A stretch of DNA of 63,167 nt, filler included, from Choristocarpus tenellus KU-1152 (lineage: Eukaryota; Protista; Phaeophyceae): NCBI GenBank assembly GCA_964200185.2. It is 10 parts of 10 records of this genome, joined end to end, with 100 filler letters (N's around TTAATTAATTAA, not from the genome) between each part and the next. Parts side by side here need not be neighbours in the genome. Positions count along the whole stretch, not along the records: positions 28,224 to 43,962 come from CAXNAD020000936.1; positions 44,063 to 57,638 come from CAXNAD020001444.1; 8 more parts are not named here. One strand, written 5' to 3'. Below the pieces are notes generated by a model. The model was not told the origin of the DNA. It saw only the letters and a list, made by a program, of their open reading frames with translations, and did no database searches. Position numbers and translations under genes: made by a program. The number at the start of each line of letters is the position of its first letter. Position 1 is the first letter of the stretch. Below are positions 37,950 to 49,577 of this stretch, in pieces.

Positions 37950-40900
37950 TCAAGGTTCAGACTGGGATCCTTCAGCCAAGGTAGCCCCATTCTCCAATCT
38001 GAAGACGACACCATCCTCAAAGGAGTTACCAACCACAAGAGTTTCTGTGGATGCATCGAATCGCATCGATTCAATGTTCAAGAAGGTGTTGTCCCGGAAC
38101 TACGCCATGATGACATTCCAGGATAGAGGTCGGTTGGCCATGGAGACAACAGAAAAGGTCAAGAGTGTCAAAAGGGGGATAACGCACAGGATATGGGGAA
38201 ACGACTAAAAACACTGCCTCATGAATGTAAGTGTAAATTAGAAGTTCAATTGTACAACTTTGGAGTTGTCCTTTGCAGCAAAATACACAAAAGGTCACAC
38301 AAGGAGTTCAAGCATTGGAGTGCATCCCTTGAGCGTACCAGGCTATCTTGAAACAAGGCTTAAGCTGATATTACCCAAGGTCAAAACACTCTGTTGCACT
38401 ACAGGTCACTTCAGTAGTACTCCAGAGGTGAATAAATTTCAATTCATATCAATTTAGAGTGAGCTGAAGCAAAGGCAACAGCTGTTGAGGAAGAAAACTG
38501 CACAAAGAAATACTTCCCCTCTCTCACCTCATCACCATCTGATTCCTTGCATGCAATGCCCTGACCCTCCAGTGGTCCATCAATGGTGTTCTCCACGATA
38601 AGGTTGTTTCTTGGGCGTCCACCGTAGCTCAAGGATGCCTAACGTAGGAACAAATCCCAATCAAAAGATTTCGCAGCATATGGAATGCAAAATGTAAGGT
38701 GAAGGCTCTGACCATGCAACAGGAGGTCTTGAGTTACTAAATTGAAATTATATCCCTTAAACCAGTGCACCCCCCACTAGCATATCAGGGGAGCTACCTG
38801 TCCCTCCCTTCGCTCAAGCAAACTAAAAAATACTTCTCCAAAAAATATTGTCGTGAAATATCAGTACACCTGGTTGAATGAGTGGCATATTGTGCCCTGC
38901 TGAAGCTTTCTAGTGTGTCAAATGCAAAGCAGACTCTCCTCTTGCTCTCCTTCCACGATGAGCTCAAATTGTGTTCCTTTCAGCTGAAAGAAAGTCTATT
39001 CCCTGCGGTTCAACTTGAAAGCTCAACCTGAACCTCACTCAACCTTTGTTTATTGACTACTGGAACTGCCTTCTGCATGAAATACTTTGTGTGAAAAAAA
39101 AAAGTCAAGTACATATACTGCGCAGAAACCCCTCACTCCTTTTGTCGCTCTTATATCGGATTTAAAGTGTGTGTTCAGAAATGATTATCTATTACTTGGG
39201 CAGAGCACACACATTAAATTTTCCACAGTGAAAATTCACTCATTGTCGCTTGTTTTGCGTGTCATTATCGCAAAGAGTACAGCACTATAGATATGTCATA
39301 GGGCTTAGGAGTGATGCCTTCATTTCACCAGAAGAAAACAATAAGCTCCCATTCTCATATTACTGCATAAACCTCTAGCACAATACAAAATAAAATTTTG
39401 TCAGAAAGACCCTATGTGTCTCAATAAACATGTAAACATTAAAAAAAAAACTGTTCCTCAGAGCTCCCTCCACTTTGTACACCCTGCAGGTGTTCTACCC
39501 TCAATGCTTCTATCGCACCTGTGGATCATCACTCCCCATGTAGAAGAAGACACCATAGCGCTCATTATTCGTCCTGTAAATTACAGAAATTAGATGCAGG
39601 TTTAATAATGTGCGGTCATGAAAAGACACCGTGATAAACAGGTTCAACAGGCTGATATCTATATATACCAAACCAATCACAAAAACTCAAGACAACACTA
39701 CATCAGAAATATCACCATGGCATTTCTTGTCCCCTCTCGTCCTCAGAGTTACTGAGACTACCACCCAACAAATACCCTTTGTTCTTTTTTACAACATTAC
39801 TCCTGCAAACTGGACTAACATCTGACCTCACTGTCCAACAGAAAATACCACCATTCACAATACCAAACTACATAAAGTGGCAGTAGCACAGCAAGATTCT
39901 TGTAAGTATTTGGTATTCCAGATGTGTTATGATTCTACTTATTGATCTATGCATAATCAACCTGATCTGTTGTAGAACAGTGCTACACAAACTGTGTAAC
40001 CAACGGCCATCTGTGCACTCTCACATCTTGTTGTTCCGAACCACATTGTCGGCAGCACCAAGGCTCAGACGCACGCCATACCTGCCCCCCTGAAAGTCAC
40101 CGGAACAGAAAAGATTGGAGGTGGAGAGCGAGATTGGGTTGGGTATGTGAGGTGGGAATTATTCTTCTATCCATTTCTATTCTCATTTATTTATACTCTA
40201 CAGACAGAAACAAGAACGCACAGGGGGATGATCTGATCAATGGAGCAAATGCTCTTGACGCATGTAGCTCCCCAAGGAGGAACATTCAATTTCTACGCAC
40301 ACAATTCACCACAGTACTATGTGTGCTATGGGTGTGAAAACCCAGTAGTGATTATGTGACCACAGAATATTCACACACAGATTTTGTATGTATCGAAAAT
40401 ACGAATTCACCTCCATGATGTTGTTGTAGATCTCAACGCCATTGCTCTCCACAATTCCAAAGTCACCTTCCTCATTTCCACGGCAGATGTTATCATAGGC
40501 AACAGCATTGTCCACAGAGCGGTGGAAAAAGATACCTGCTCGAGCATTGTTCTCAACAGTGTTGCCATGCACTACTGCGCTGGTGGATTGAAGGTGAGGG
40601 AGGAGCAATGTGGAATAGTGATTAGGGACAAGACACAATTCATCTTTTCCAAATTTACATGCATAACATAGTACAACAGCGTCATGGTACAGTGCGATCC
40701 ATGATAGGATATATTCTCTGAAGGGATTGTGAAGTTGACAATATGTAAGAAACAGTGCAGGGCAAGTCTAGCGCAAGTGCAGTTCATACCAAAAGTACCC
40801 AGTCTGAAACAGCAGCGCTTGGTCCATGTTGCACAAGATGAAGTATTTGGTAGTGCTAAGGACAACCTACTAAAGTGTCGTCCTGATTTAGTCTTGGGCA

Positions 40901-43211
40901 ACAGAAGATGGGAAGAATTTTGAGCAGGGATGTATACCAATTTAAGGTATCAAACATAAACATGATTTAAGTATTGCATCGTGTTCTGAGATGACGTGTC
41001 AAATTATTCACAGGTAGTTGAAATGACACAATGAAGTCACTCAAGAACATTTACTCTGGAATTAACTTGACAGCTGCATGTCCAAAAAATTGAATAAAAC
41101 ATCGACCCCTTACCCCAGGCAGCGCTTGGAATACTCGATACCATGCCAGCCGTTGTTGTAGACCTGAAGAGTAAGAACACAACAGCAATAGCACAATTAA
41201 TGAGAGAGGTCAGGGTTATTGTGCACTTGGCAGTATCATTTGATGCACTGGAGCTCATCAAATGAATATCAAGAACATTTCACCCATGGGACTATTGAAG
41301 ATGGCACGCTCCCAGAAGTGTTGAAGTTCAGTCCTGCACTGTATCGGCAGGGCTACATTACATTTGAGGGAACTGAGGATGACAAAGAAAGCACATGATT
41401 CAATATAAACAGTATGTAATGCACCAAAAAAGATTCAATCATGTAGTGCACTGCCATTTGCCCACGTACACCATAGAAACAGTATTGTTGTGCATAATCA
41501 GACCAGGTGTTTGTGAAGGAGCCAGTGCAAATACCACTGGATTGAGGAGATCATTTTTGAAGTTTTGTAAACTCAAGCCTCACACACAATCATAAAATAA
41601 ACTGGGATTACAGCTAGCCCTACATCAGGTACAAGCACACTGCAGTGCTTACATAGAGAAATAAGGATCTAGAACTATGGTAGCAACATAATGATCCAAA
41701 CCTTGTTCTTTTTGAGGGTCATGTAGTCGCTGTTATCTTGAGGGTTGAGGCCGTTGAGGTAGTTGTCATGAACATCATTTGTTTTCCACACACTCTCGCC
41801 CTTCATCCCATAGCAGTCTTGGATAATCGGTCAGTGCAAGGAACAGAGGAATTTATAAGCTTCTGGGTCGTATTAGTACACACCACCTAATGCAGTGACA
41901 AAAAGCGCATTACTAGTTTACTCTGTCGTACAAGCAAATTCTAGCATTTTATTCTCCGCAGTCAAGCACTTGTGACTCAGATGAAAACTATGGGTATGAA
42001 CAATATCAGCAGCCTTAACATAACCACAAGTAAGGAAGCACAAAAGAACATTTATCTCTCACATGCTCCCATATAATTGTCGTGGAGGTTGCTTTTCTTC
42101 AGCTCTCCATAGACCCCACACTTATCAAAGAGGGCCAAATCATCCGGGTCGTAAGGGTAAGGGTCACGGTCATCAAAGCCCTCCACCTTCCAAACCACTC
42201 CATAGTCGTTGTCTGAAGATGAGGAACAAGCAAAGGGTTTGGAGTTTTGGCAGAGCTCGAGGTCGATGTGAGGATGTATTGGCTAACGTTTGAGGAACTT
42301 GAAGGAGGATGATCAAACGAAACGTCAACACCCCAGCGAGCTATCCCACTCACTAATGTCATTGTGGTAGTCGCCCTCGTTTCCCACAAAGGAAATTTCG
42401 CTCTTGATTATATCCATACGAGATGCCATACACACATCACCCTCCATATAAGACAGGGCGGCGATGTAAGCCCTCCCTGCTAGCCTCGTATCAGGGCCAT
42501 TCGTTTCAGGATCGTAGGATGTAATATCTGTTTCTAAAATGGAGATCTTGCCAGGTGACGCTATAATGGATACGCTTCCAGATGGACCGCTCTAAGAGGG
42601 ACAATAACATGAGCAACAATCAGAGAAACAGAAAATGTCAATACGAATTCTGGAGACTTATCAAAGGCATTGAGTCTTAAGCGCGGGTTCCCAACGAACA
42701 AAAAATAATCGAGTGTGTGACAAATGTGTGGAGCATCACACAGTTCAACAAGGCGGGATTTTATGTTCTTCACCTTCACAACGAGTTCACGACTTCCTTA
42801 TGGGCATACCTCAAGAAGAAGTTGTTCCACAGAGTCGGTGGTCAGTCCTCCTTGGACTTTCAATACCATAGAAGGGGACTCGATCACAATGCTGTGGTGG
42901 AGTGTCCACACATCGCCATCATTGGACACTGCCACACCACCTGTCTTGTCACGGATATCCGCTAGAGTGACCTTGCAGTTATTACCACCCGTTAACACCA
43001 CGAGCTTCTCGTCCTGTTTCCACTCGATTTTGGAAGCGGCACAGGTTGATGGACTACGGCAAGTACCAGCCCTGGTCCCACCATCCTTGCAAATTTTCGC
43101 CCCACAACACTCATAATCATATTGACAAGTCTCATCCTTTCCCTGGCAAACAGCCGAGCAACCTGTGACGAGAGCAAGTATGAGGACAAGACTAAAGGCA
43201 CGACCAAACAT
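37950..43211 (-). CDS. Secreted mannuronan C5-epimerase-family (right-handed beta-helix) protein with divergent active site and an N-terminal Cys-knot-like module
   Basis: Ten exons: 43211-42810, 42591-42354, ~42212-42063, 41817-41702, ~41164-41115, ~40579-40410, ~40089-40025, ~39572-39519, ~38639-38528, ~38099-37950; signal peptide; motifs ITSYD, GRAYI, RMDIIKSEISFVG, YGVVWKV, VYG, HGIEYSKRC, AGIFFHRS, ES, YGVRLSLG, GSD, GRP..N, MRFD. Confidence 0.88.
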
Positions 43212-44062
43212 GGTGCCGTAGTATTTGTTCCCCTCTCTATACTGGTGTCTTTCTTCTTCGAAACAATGACTGACAACAAAAGTTTAAAGGTAGGATCAAC
43301 ATTGATGTGTTAATATGGCAGATCACAACAACTAGTATAAAAACGAAGAAAAGTTTCGTTGCCCAACTTAATCAAACATACAGTGCAAATGAAAGAGAAG
43401 AATCCTAATAGACCGGTATGATAGGGAGATGATAAGTTGGTACATAAATGTATCTTATCCAAATTAATACACAGTTGAATAGAACAAAACCGCAAAGCAC
43501 TATATTTACAGTATGTCTTGAAGATTACTTTTCCCCATACAAAATACTTACTCGCTCTATGATACTATGAACTTAGAAAAAACAACCACCATATCATTTT
43601 GGTTTGAATGAGTGAGGGAGAAGTTCCACAAGATCTTTCTAGTAATATATTTAAGGCTTTCTAGATCATTTAGGGTCTTGAATAGATCAATCAGCCATAT
43701 ATATAATCTAGGGTGAAGAGACGATTCGTTCAGTTTAAACCATATTCTGTTTGATAGTTCCTTCGTCCATTCCTTTTATTTTCTTGAGTAGGAAGGATCA
43801 ATGAACGCTTCTAATAAAACGGCAAACTCATGTACAGTACCTACATCTATTTTATACCAACTATTATGAACCAACCCCATTTTGGTACCGCTTTTTTCGA
43901 CATACTCAAAAAAATAGGCTTTTGTACCGGAATTCTCGTATTCGGGCGATTTGGCACAAAACNNNNNNNNNNNNNNNNNNNNNNNNNNNNNNNNNNNNNN
44001 NNNNNNTTAATTAATTAANNNNNNNNNNNNNNNNNNNNNNNNNNNNNNNNNNNNNNNNNNNN

Positions 44063-44145
44063 ATGTGGGTAGCCAGCTCATCCAGGAAGCTTTCCGCTTG
44101 CTTGCCGAGGCGACCAAAACTTTCCACCGCAAAGGTGTTGAGGTT
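44063..44145 (-). mobile_element. Restriction-like endonuclease fragment of a CRE/R2-type non-LTR retrotransposon
   Basis: FAVESFGRLGKQAESFLDELA matches the E..G.lG..A..fl..La motif. Confidence 0.7.
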
Positions 44146-47100
44146 ATATATATATCCTTTTATATGTTTTTTGTACAAGTAATAACATGCCAGGGGCATA
44201 ACAATATAATTAAGTAGTTGAAGAATTTGAATTGAAGATTTCAAAAAAACATGATGCAGCTTTTCCTTCCAAAACATATGGAAATGCCTCTAATTTATGA
44301 ATGTGGATAATATGGCGAACTCTTTACTATTCCAACTGCTATCAAGAATTTAAACGATCACACACCTTCGAACGGACGGACGGACCGACCTTTCCTTTAT
44401 ACAACACCTATCTGTTCATAATTATTGAAGATAATGTCGTTATTGACAGGAACAAACTAGGAAAATGACCACCCAGTTTAATTATTGTAATGTTTTTGTA
44501 GCCTTGACGTTTGTCTCTTTCGTCCCATGACACTTCTCCAATACCTCAGCAGACATAATATATAAATAATGCCTCCCAGAAACCATTTTGTTTTCTACCA
44601 CAACTGCCACTACGTCCATTTCTTCGTGCCCAGTAAACATTGCACGTCGCTGCAGGCTTGAATAGGTTTCCGCAAATACAAGCGCACAGATGACCAACCC
44701 CTCCATGTCATAAAGACAGAGGGGCACTGGGGGAAGAACTGGTTGCAAAGGCATCATTGGTGATGGTGATCCCAGTTGAAGAATGTTTCGCGATCCTAGC
44801 TGATGAGTGAGGTGCACCCACTTGCAAGAGACTCCGGCAACTGATGATGCATGTGTGTCGAGGGTGGGGGTAAACACTTCTTTGACGTCTGGCATGCCTA
44901 CTAGGGCAGAATGCTCACACAGACTTCATGCCCGTCACACAAAATTGCTAAAGAACCGTTTTACTGCCTGCAGAGTTTCGGGTGGGGAATGGGTCTAACC
45001 TTCCGACACTTTGGTACTACTGATGGTGGTACCAAGGTGTAGGTGATAGATGTAACGGGACCGGTCTTGGATATTTCACAATACATTATATACATACATG
45101 GGACTGTAGGAGCTAGCTCATAAATGCCAAGATGTGAATGGTTGAACCTTCTTCTCAGGGTCTTACACAGGACCGGGTATCTGTGACGGGGCTGGACCAG
45201 TGGCCGGTCAGAAAAAGCTTTTTAAAACTGGGTTGATCCATGACCTCAAGGCTCTATCTTAACAGGGACAGTCCACAGGGCGACCCAGGTCAATAGGCTT
45301 ATCAGGGCCAACCTAGGGATCCGTCCATCCATCCATATATATATATATTTATATATATCAATATTTGACAGGGCAGGCTGGTTCTCAATGTGGTTTGACC
45401 AGGCTGGGCGGTTTTTCTGTGCTTTTGTGAATTGGTACTTAAATTTTGAACTCCAAACAAAGCAGATCTGTTAGGTCTACGATATTTTGTGCACGAAGCC
45501 AGATAGGAGGGAAATGTGAAAAGTGAGGACCATACATATTCTACTGTTTATTGTTTGGAGCTTGACGCCAAACCAGGTAAGTGTGATGGGGCTGGACTGC
45601 GAGTCAGTTGGGTAAGATGTTTTCTAACAGGGCTAGTTCAACACGTTGGGGATTCATCAAACAGGGTTTGTCTGCAAGCCAGCCTGGTGAAAATGCGTCT
45701 TTTTCCTTGAAATTTCTGAGTTTCTTTGTTTTTATACTAGAGGTTATATATAAATTATAATACTTTAAACTGTTTTTCTACAACAGTAGCTCTGCTTTTC
45801 GTAACATTTTCTTCTACTTCCTGATCTCCTTTAGTTGTGTTGCCTTCTAACAACCTGAAAAAAAAACTAACCTTCATGTGCTTAATTATTCAACCAATCA
45901 ATCATAGTCGGTTATTCCTCATGTCCCACTCACTCAGAGCCCCAGGAACCTTTTTGGAGGCAACATGTGGTTGAAGCAGGTGGGGTCAAGACTCCTCATC
46001 TTTGGTGAAACAGAGAATTGATGATTAGAGACTGTTTTCAAGCACCATATCAACTGTGCCTAAATAATCCTCAATACAAAGCAATGCAAGGAAAGCGAGT
46101 ACCAAGAAGTCACCATTCCCTGTTTATCAACTTCACTGCTAATTCGTAGTGGGGAATTGTGCTCATCCATATCAGCAAAAACTGAAATATCCCTGTCAGA
46201 GCATATCGTTTACCATGTCCTGATGGCATTATAGGCATAAACATTGTGCATCTAGAGACCAAACTCCCACCCCTAAAAACACTACTCTTGATTCCACAAC
46301 ATGCTTAACAAGCTAGATGCAGTCAGTTGCTATCCCAAAATCTCGCAAGTGATACATGGGGATTCGATACAAAGAACTACAGAATACATGGGTGCATGAG
46401 GTAGATTCCATTGGACTCCTTGCAAATATTCAGCAACTTTGGTGAAATCACTTAGTCTTACACTGCCCCCTACGGGTTTGAACCTCTGGTAAGTGTTCAA
46501 TTATTAAAGATAACTGTAGTAAGAGGTTAACAGATACTTGAGTCAGGAACCTTCCTACATGAGAGTAGGACAAGCTGGGTGCCACAGTTGACAACTTGAG
46601 AGGGTGATACATCAATGTACGAAATGTAGTTGCCATTATGTTCAATAATGCAATTTAATATTTGTCATCCTTCCATATCTTCAGCAAATCAATACATCCC
46701 ATCCAGTCCACAACATAGTAGATTTTCCCTCAAGCCATTATTATGCGAGCAACAAAAAGAGGTGCCCCCTGATGCCATGCAGCTAGCTTCAAATGGGCAA
46801 CTCTCACCTGCCCAACCCCACCTTTCCTCTTTCTCCAATGCTCGATGTCACCCACCCCTATGATTTGTAATTCAATAATCTATCTACAAGCAGGGCATCC
46901 CTGTATCCCTACCCCTACCCTCTCATCTTTCATTGCCCATAGGTTATGTGTCCATCACCACCCGCTCTATTACCACCTCCACAAACAAAGGCCACCAACC
47001 GAAATCTGCTCTGTAAGAGTAGCAGTTGGTTGTACGGCAACCTGAAACGTCCAACAAAGCACTAGTTGTACAACAACTTGTGATGGTTACAACTGCCCTG

Positions 47101-47590
47101 AGGGTCAGCACACTACAAAGAAAACAGTAGAACATCACTAACGTGAACCTGCTTTATTCCCCCCTCCCTAACCTCCCTTCTATGGAGATATCAACATAGA
47201 AAATTAAAAACGACTATGATAATCACACCCCAAGGTTTACAGAGCACCCCCACTGGGTGCAACTCAGACTTGACCTTGACTGCAGTTTCCAAGCTCAGGT
47301 TAAGAGAAAGGTGGCCATGCCAGGGGTAGTACAATTTTACACTACTTCCACTCCCAGCACACAGCCAAACACGGATACGCCTCCCAACCTCTCGACCTCT
47401 TAAACCTGGTCACACTCTCGAATGAGAGCGATGTGTCGGACGCCACCTGAGCAAATCGACTGCCCACCCTTCACAGATACTGATACTGAGAATATGAACA
47501 TATGAAGTCCCCCCCAAATCCTCATCCATGTTGCCCCAGTGGATCGCAGTCATTTCTAGATGCTGGATGTGAAGCAGCAAGAAACCTTCT

Positions 47591-48421
47591 CTAGAACGAT
47601 GCCACAGCGAGCTGAACCCCGTCACCGTTAGGTTGGGCGAGACGCATGTCCTCGAACTGACGCTGAAGTCTTAAGAGGAAGAATGATGATTGGGATAGAG
47701 AAGGAGATGGAGGCGAGTTTTCAAAGGGGGGCTGGGAGGCATCTGCGTCATAGACCCAGACGCCATCTTGGCCATTCTCACCTCTGTCAAACTTTGCCTC
47801 ACACCTATAGGACTCTCTACCTTCCACATGAGATTCGGGCTCAGAGTCTTCAGACCCGAAATCTTCAGATTCATCACAGAAGCCACCGATACTGAAGTCT
47901 CCATCCTCAGAGTCACCATCCAAATTGCAACACCAGTCAGGGTACACGTGGCTACTCAACTCTTCTTCAGGAACAGACTCAACGGTGGTCGACTCTGTGG
48001 ACATGGACCTTGGCCAACCCTCAGCAATTCTACTCTCACAAAAGTCACTCACACTATTGCTCTCTACCTTGTAAAACATATTGCCACGATTTGCCGAGCA
48101 TGGAGAGGATGCACGACACCTCGAGGCCGGTTCTTGTTCGTTGGGTTTGCAATATCCAACATTTTCCTTTTCGCAACAGAGTCGTGCAAGATTGGCAAAG
48201 GATTTGCTCCGTTTGAGACACGAGAGTCTTCCATCGCCGGATGCCATAGTACCCTTGTCGAAAGTCAGTGATCGCTTCATGTTCCACCATTCAATCGTTA
48301 TGGACGAGGTGACTGAACTGCGGAGGGACGCAAGGGGGGAATACCAACGGTTAATTGAATCTGCCAAATCCAGAGGGAAGCGGTAAGGGACATGCTCGGT
48401 GTTGCTGTTCATTTCTGTCAA
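47591..48421 (-). CDS. Hypothetical protein (276 aa single ORF; Ser/acidic-rich; start may be the downstream MKRS)
   Basis: Long uninterrupted ORF with protein-like composition, divergent from the RSPH gene; no recognised domain. Confidence 0.55.
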   Translation of the reverse strand: MTEMNSNTEHVPYRFPLDLADSINRWYSPLASLRSSVTSSITIEWWNMKRSLTFDKGTMASGDGRLSCLKRSKSFANLARLCCEKENVGYCKPNEQEPASRCRASSPCSANRGNMFYKVESNSVSDFCESRIAEGWPRSMSTESTTVESVPEEELSSHVYPDWCCNLDGDSEDGDFSIGGFCDESEDFGSEDSEPESHVEGRESYRCEAKFDRGENGQDGVWVYDADASQPPFENSPPSPSLSQSSFFLLRLQRQFEDMRLAQPNGDGVQLAVASF

Positions 48422-49577
48422 GCGATGGTTCCATTTTCATCCGTCAATGGGGGGTCAAACAGCTTCTACCTGCACTCAAAATGAGTGGCGAAAGGTTGAG
48501 TCCATGCCACCATATACCACCCGGCAAAGTCAACCACGGTCGCATATTCAACAACCGCAGCGGAGTTCATCTCACCTATTAAAAGGCGTACTTTCAGTCG
48601 AATAATCGACCACCACAACCTACTGAGTGTACTCTGTTGAGCCTTGAATCCGTGATTGAATGTTGTACCCCAACCACCCAATAGTTCCGCTTAAGCCCCC
48701 TTTATTCGTTCAGCGACGTACCCCAACCACCCACAACTGAGTACAGAATACAATATATTCTTCTAGTCACTTTGAAGTGACCTGTTTTGTTGTATGGCTG
48801 CGCTTTTACGAACTGTGACTTGTGGGAACGGTCAATGCGTGGACGTGAAGGTTGGGTTTGGACATAGGGCCATGGTTCAAGTCTAGACATTGAACCTGGA
48901 AAAAATGCGTGTGTGACAATACGACTTACGTGGGTATATACATTCGGCAATACGGCTTACGTAGGTAAAGGTTTCGGAAAATACGGATCGTATATCTTTG
49001 GAAGGAATATCTTTATTTTGGTTTATATTGGGTAGAGGTTGATGATTGGGAGAGATATCCATTTTTTTATATTTCTGATTCCCATACAATTCTTATTGTT
49101 GTTTTCTACATATCTCGTTTTTACTACAAATGACAACCTCTAGAAAATGTTAATGGATAAAATAATAAATAATATATTCTATATGGACATTTTCCCACTT
49201 GTCATTATGTTCCATAAAAACGTTTTCCAAAATATAAATGAATAATAGAATGTGATTCCGATACGACATACGACGAAATGGAGACGGTTGAAATGTTTGA
49301 ATATATCACAAGGAATTAGAGCTCAAAGAGGGTTCAGGGTTCAGGGTTCAAGTATTTGAGATTTTGAAACATAAACAGAAATTGGGAAATTGGATACTGG
49401 ATATTGAATATTGGAGATTGGAGATTGGAGATTGGAAAAGATGAAACGCCACGAATCTGCCCTCTCTCCACACTAATATATCCCAAAGTGAATCGACAAG
49501 AGATATGTCATGACATTTCACTGTCCGCTATATAAGAGTAGAAAGAGAAGGGAGAAGTGCCAACTAAAATCTCCGCT

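Noticed and set aside
47768-48386. Plus-strand ORFs overlapping the 276-aa ORF
   Set aside because: Shorter antisense shadows without recognisable motifs
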